Assembly: GCA_964291495.2 (NCBI GenBank)
Contig: OZ219874.1
Coordinates: forward strand, 32,001 to 96,000
Direction of reading: 5' to 3'
Source of the DNA: Dehalococcoidia bacterium
GTDB taxonomy: Bacteria > Chloroflexota > Dehalococcoidia > UBA2979
Length of the DNA: 64,000 nucleotides
Under the pieces are notes generated by a model that was not told where the DNA came from, searched no databases, and saw only the letters and a program-made list of their open reading frames with translations. Of the stretch, positions 63,809-64,000 are shown piece after piece. Position 1 is the first letter of the stretch. Each line of letters starts with the position of its first letter. A program made the translations under genes and the position numbers.

Positions 63809-64000
63809 GGTGCGCATCGTCGGCAAGGCGATGGACGACCTCGCCGACGACTGGCACTGGGTGGTCCTGCACGCCGCCGAGGAGCTGGAGCCGCGCCTCT
63901 ACTTCACTGCCCGCGTCGACACCGTCTGCGGGATCCTCATTGCGGACCGCCCGCGGCGCGTGCGCCTCTTCGACATGGGCGCGCCCGACGAGCCGACCTG
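63801..64000 (+). CDS. Hypothetical protein, partial
   Basis: Open frame from GTG (VAEVRIVGKAMDDLADDWHWVVLH...) to the window edge with typical codon bias. Confidence 0.5.
   Translation, partial: MAEVRIVGKAMDDLADDWHWVVLHAAEELEPRLYFTARVDTVCGILIADRPRRVRLFDMGAPDEPT

Overview
High-GC bacterial window, probably Chloroflexota (Dehalococcoidia-like; inferred from gene style and content, and the plant-type LRR lipoproteins hint at a host-associated or sponge-symbiont lifestyle). It has two parts. (1) About 1-34.2 kb is an accessory, defence-island-like and heavily decayed region. It holds a ubiquitin-like (Ubl) + E2-like operon divergent from an XRE/ImmA (CapH/CapP-like) pair, a 5'-truncated three-gene GHKL-ATPase module, and an IS21 with istA and istB in one frame. 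It also holds IS256 and Fic remnants, three LRR lipoproteins, FN3/InlB-repeat surface-protein fragments, a 754-bp duplication, a tRNA-Glu 3' fragment, RES/Xre toxin-antitoxin genes, and nurA-herA split by a fused DUF4160-DUF2442 gene. Many genes here are fragments joined at apparent deletion junctions. (2) About 34.4-64 kb is ordinary core genome: a likely 6S RNA, CoA-transferase, deacetylase, radical SAM, rnpB, modABC, yceD-rpmF-fabD-fabG-nusB-acpP, tatBC, udg, rnj, ftsK, uvrB, SDRs, MFS transporters and a RelE/HTH pair. All family calls come from reading motifs by eye; no database search was run.
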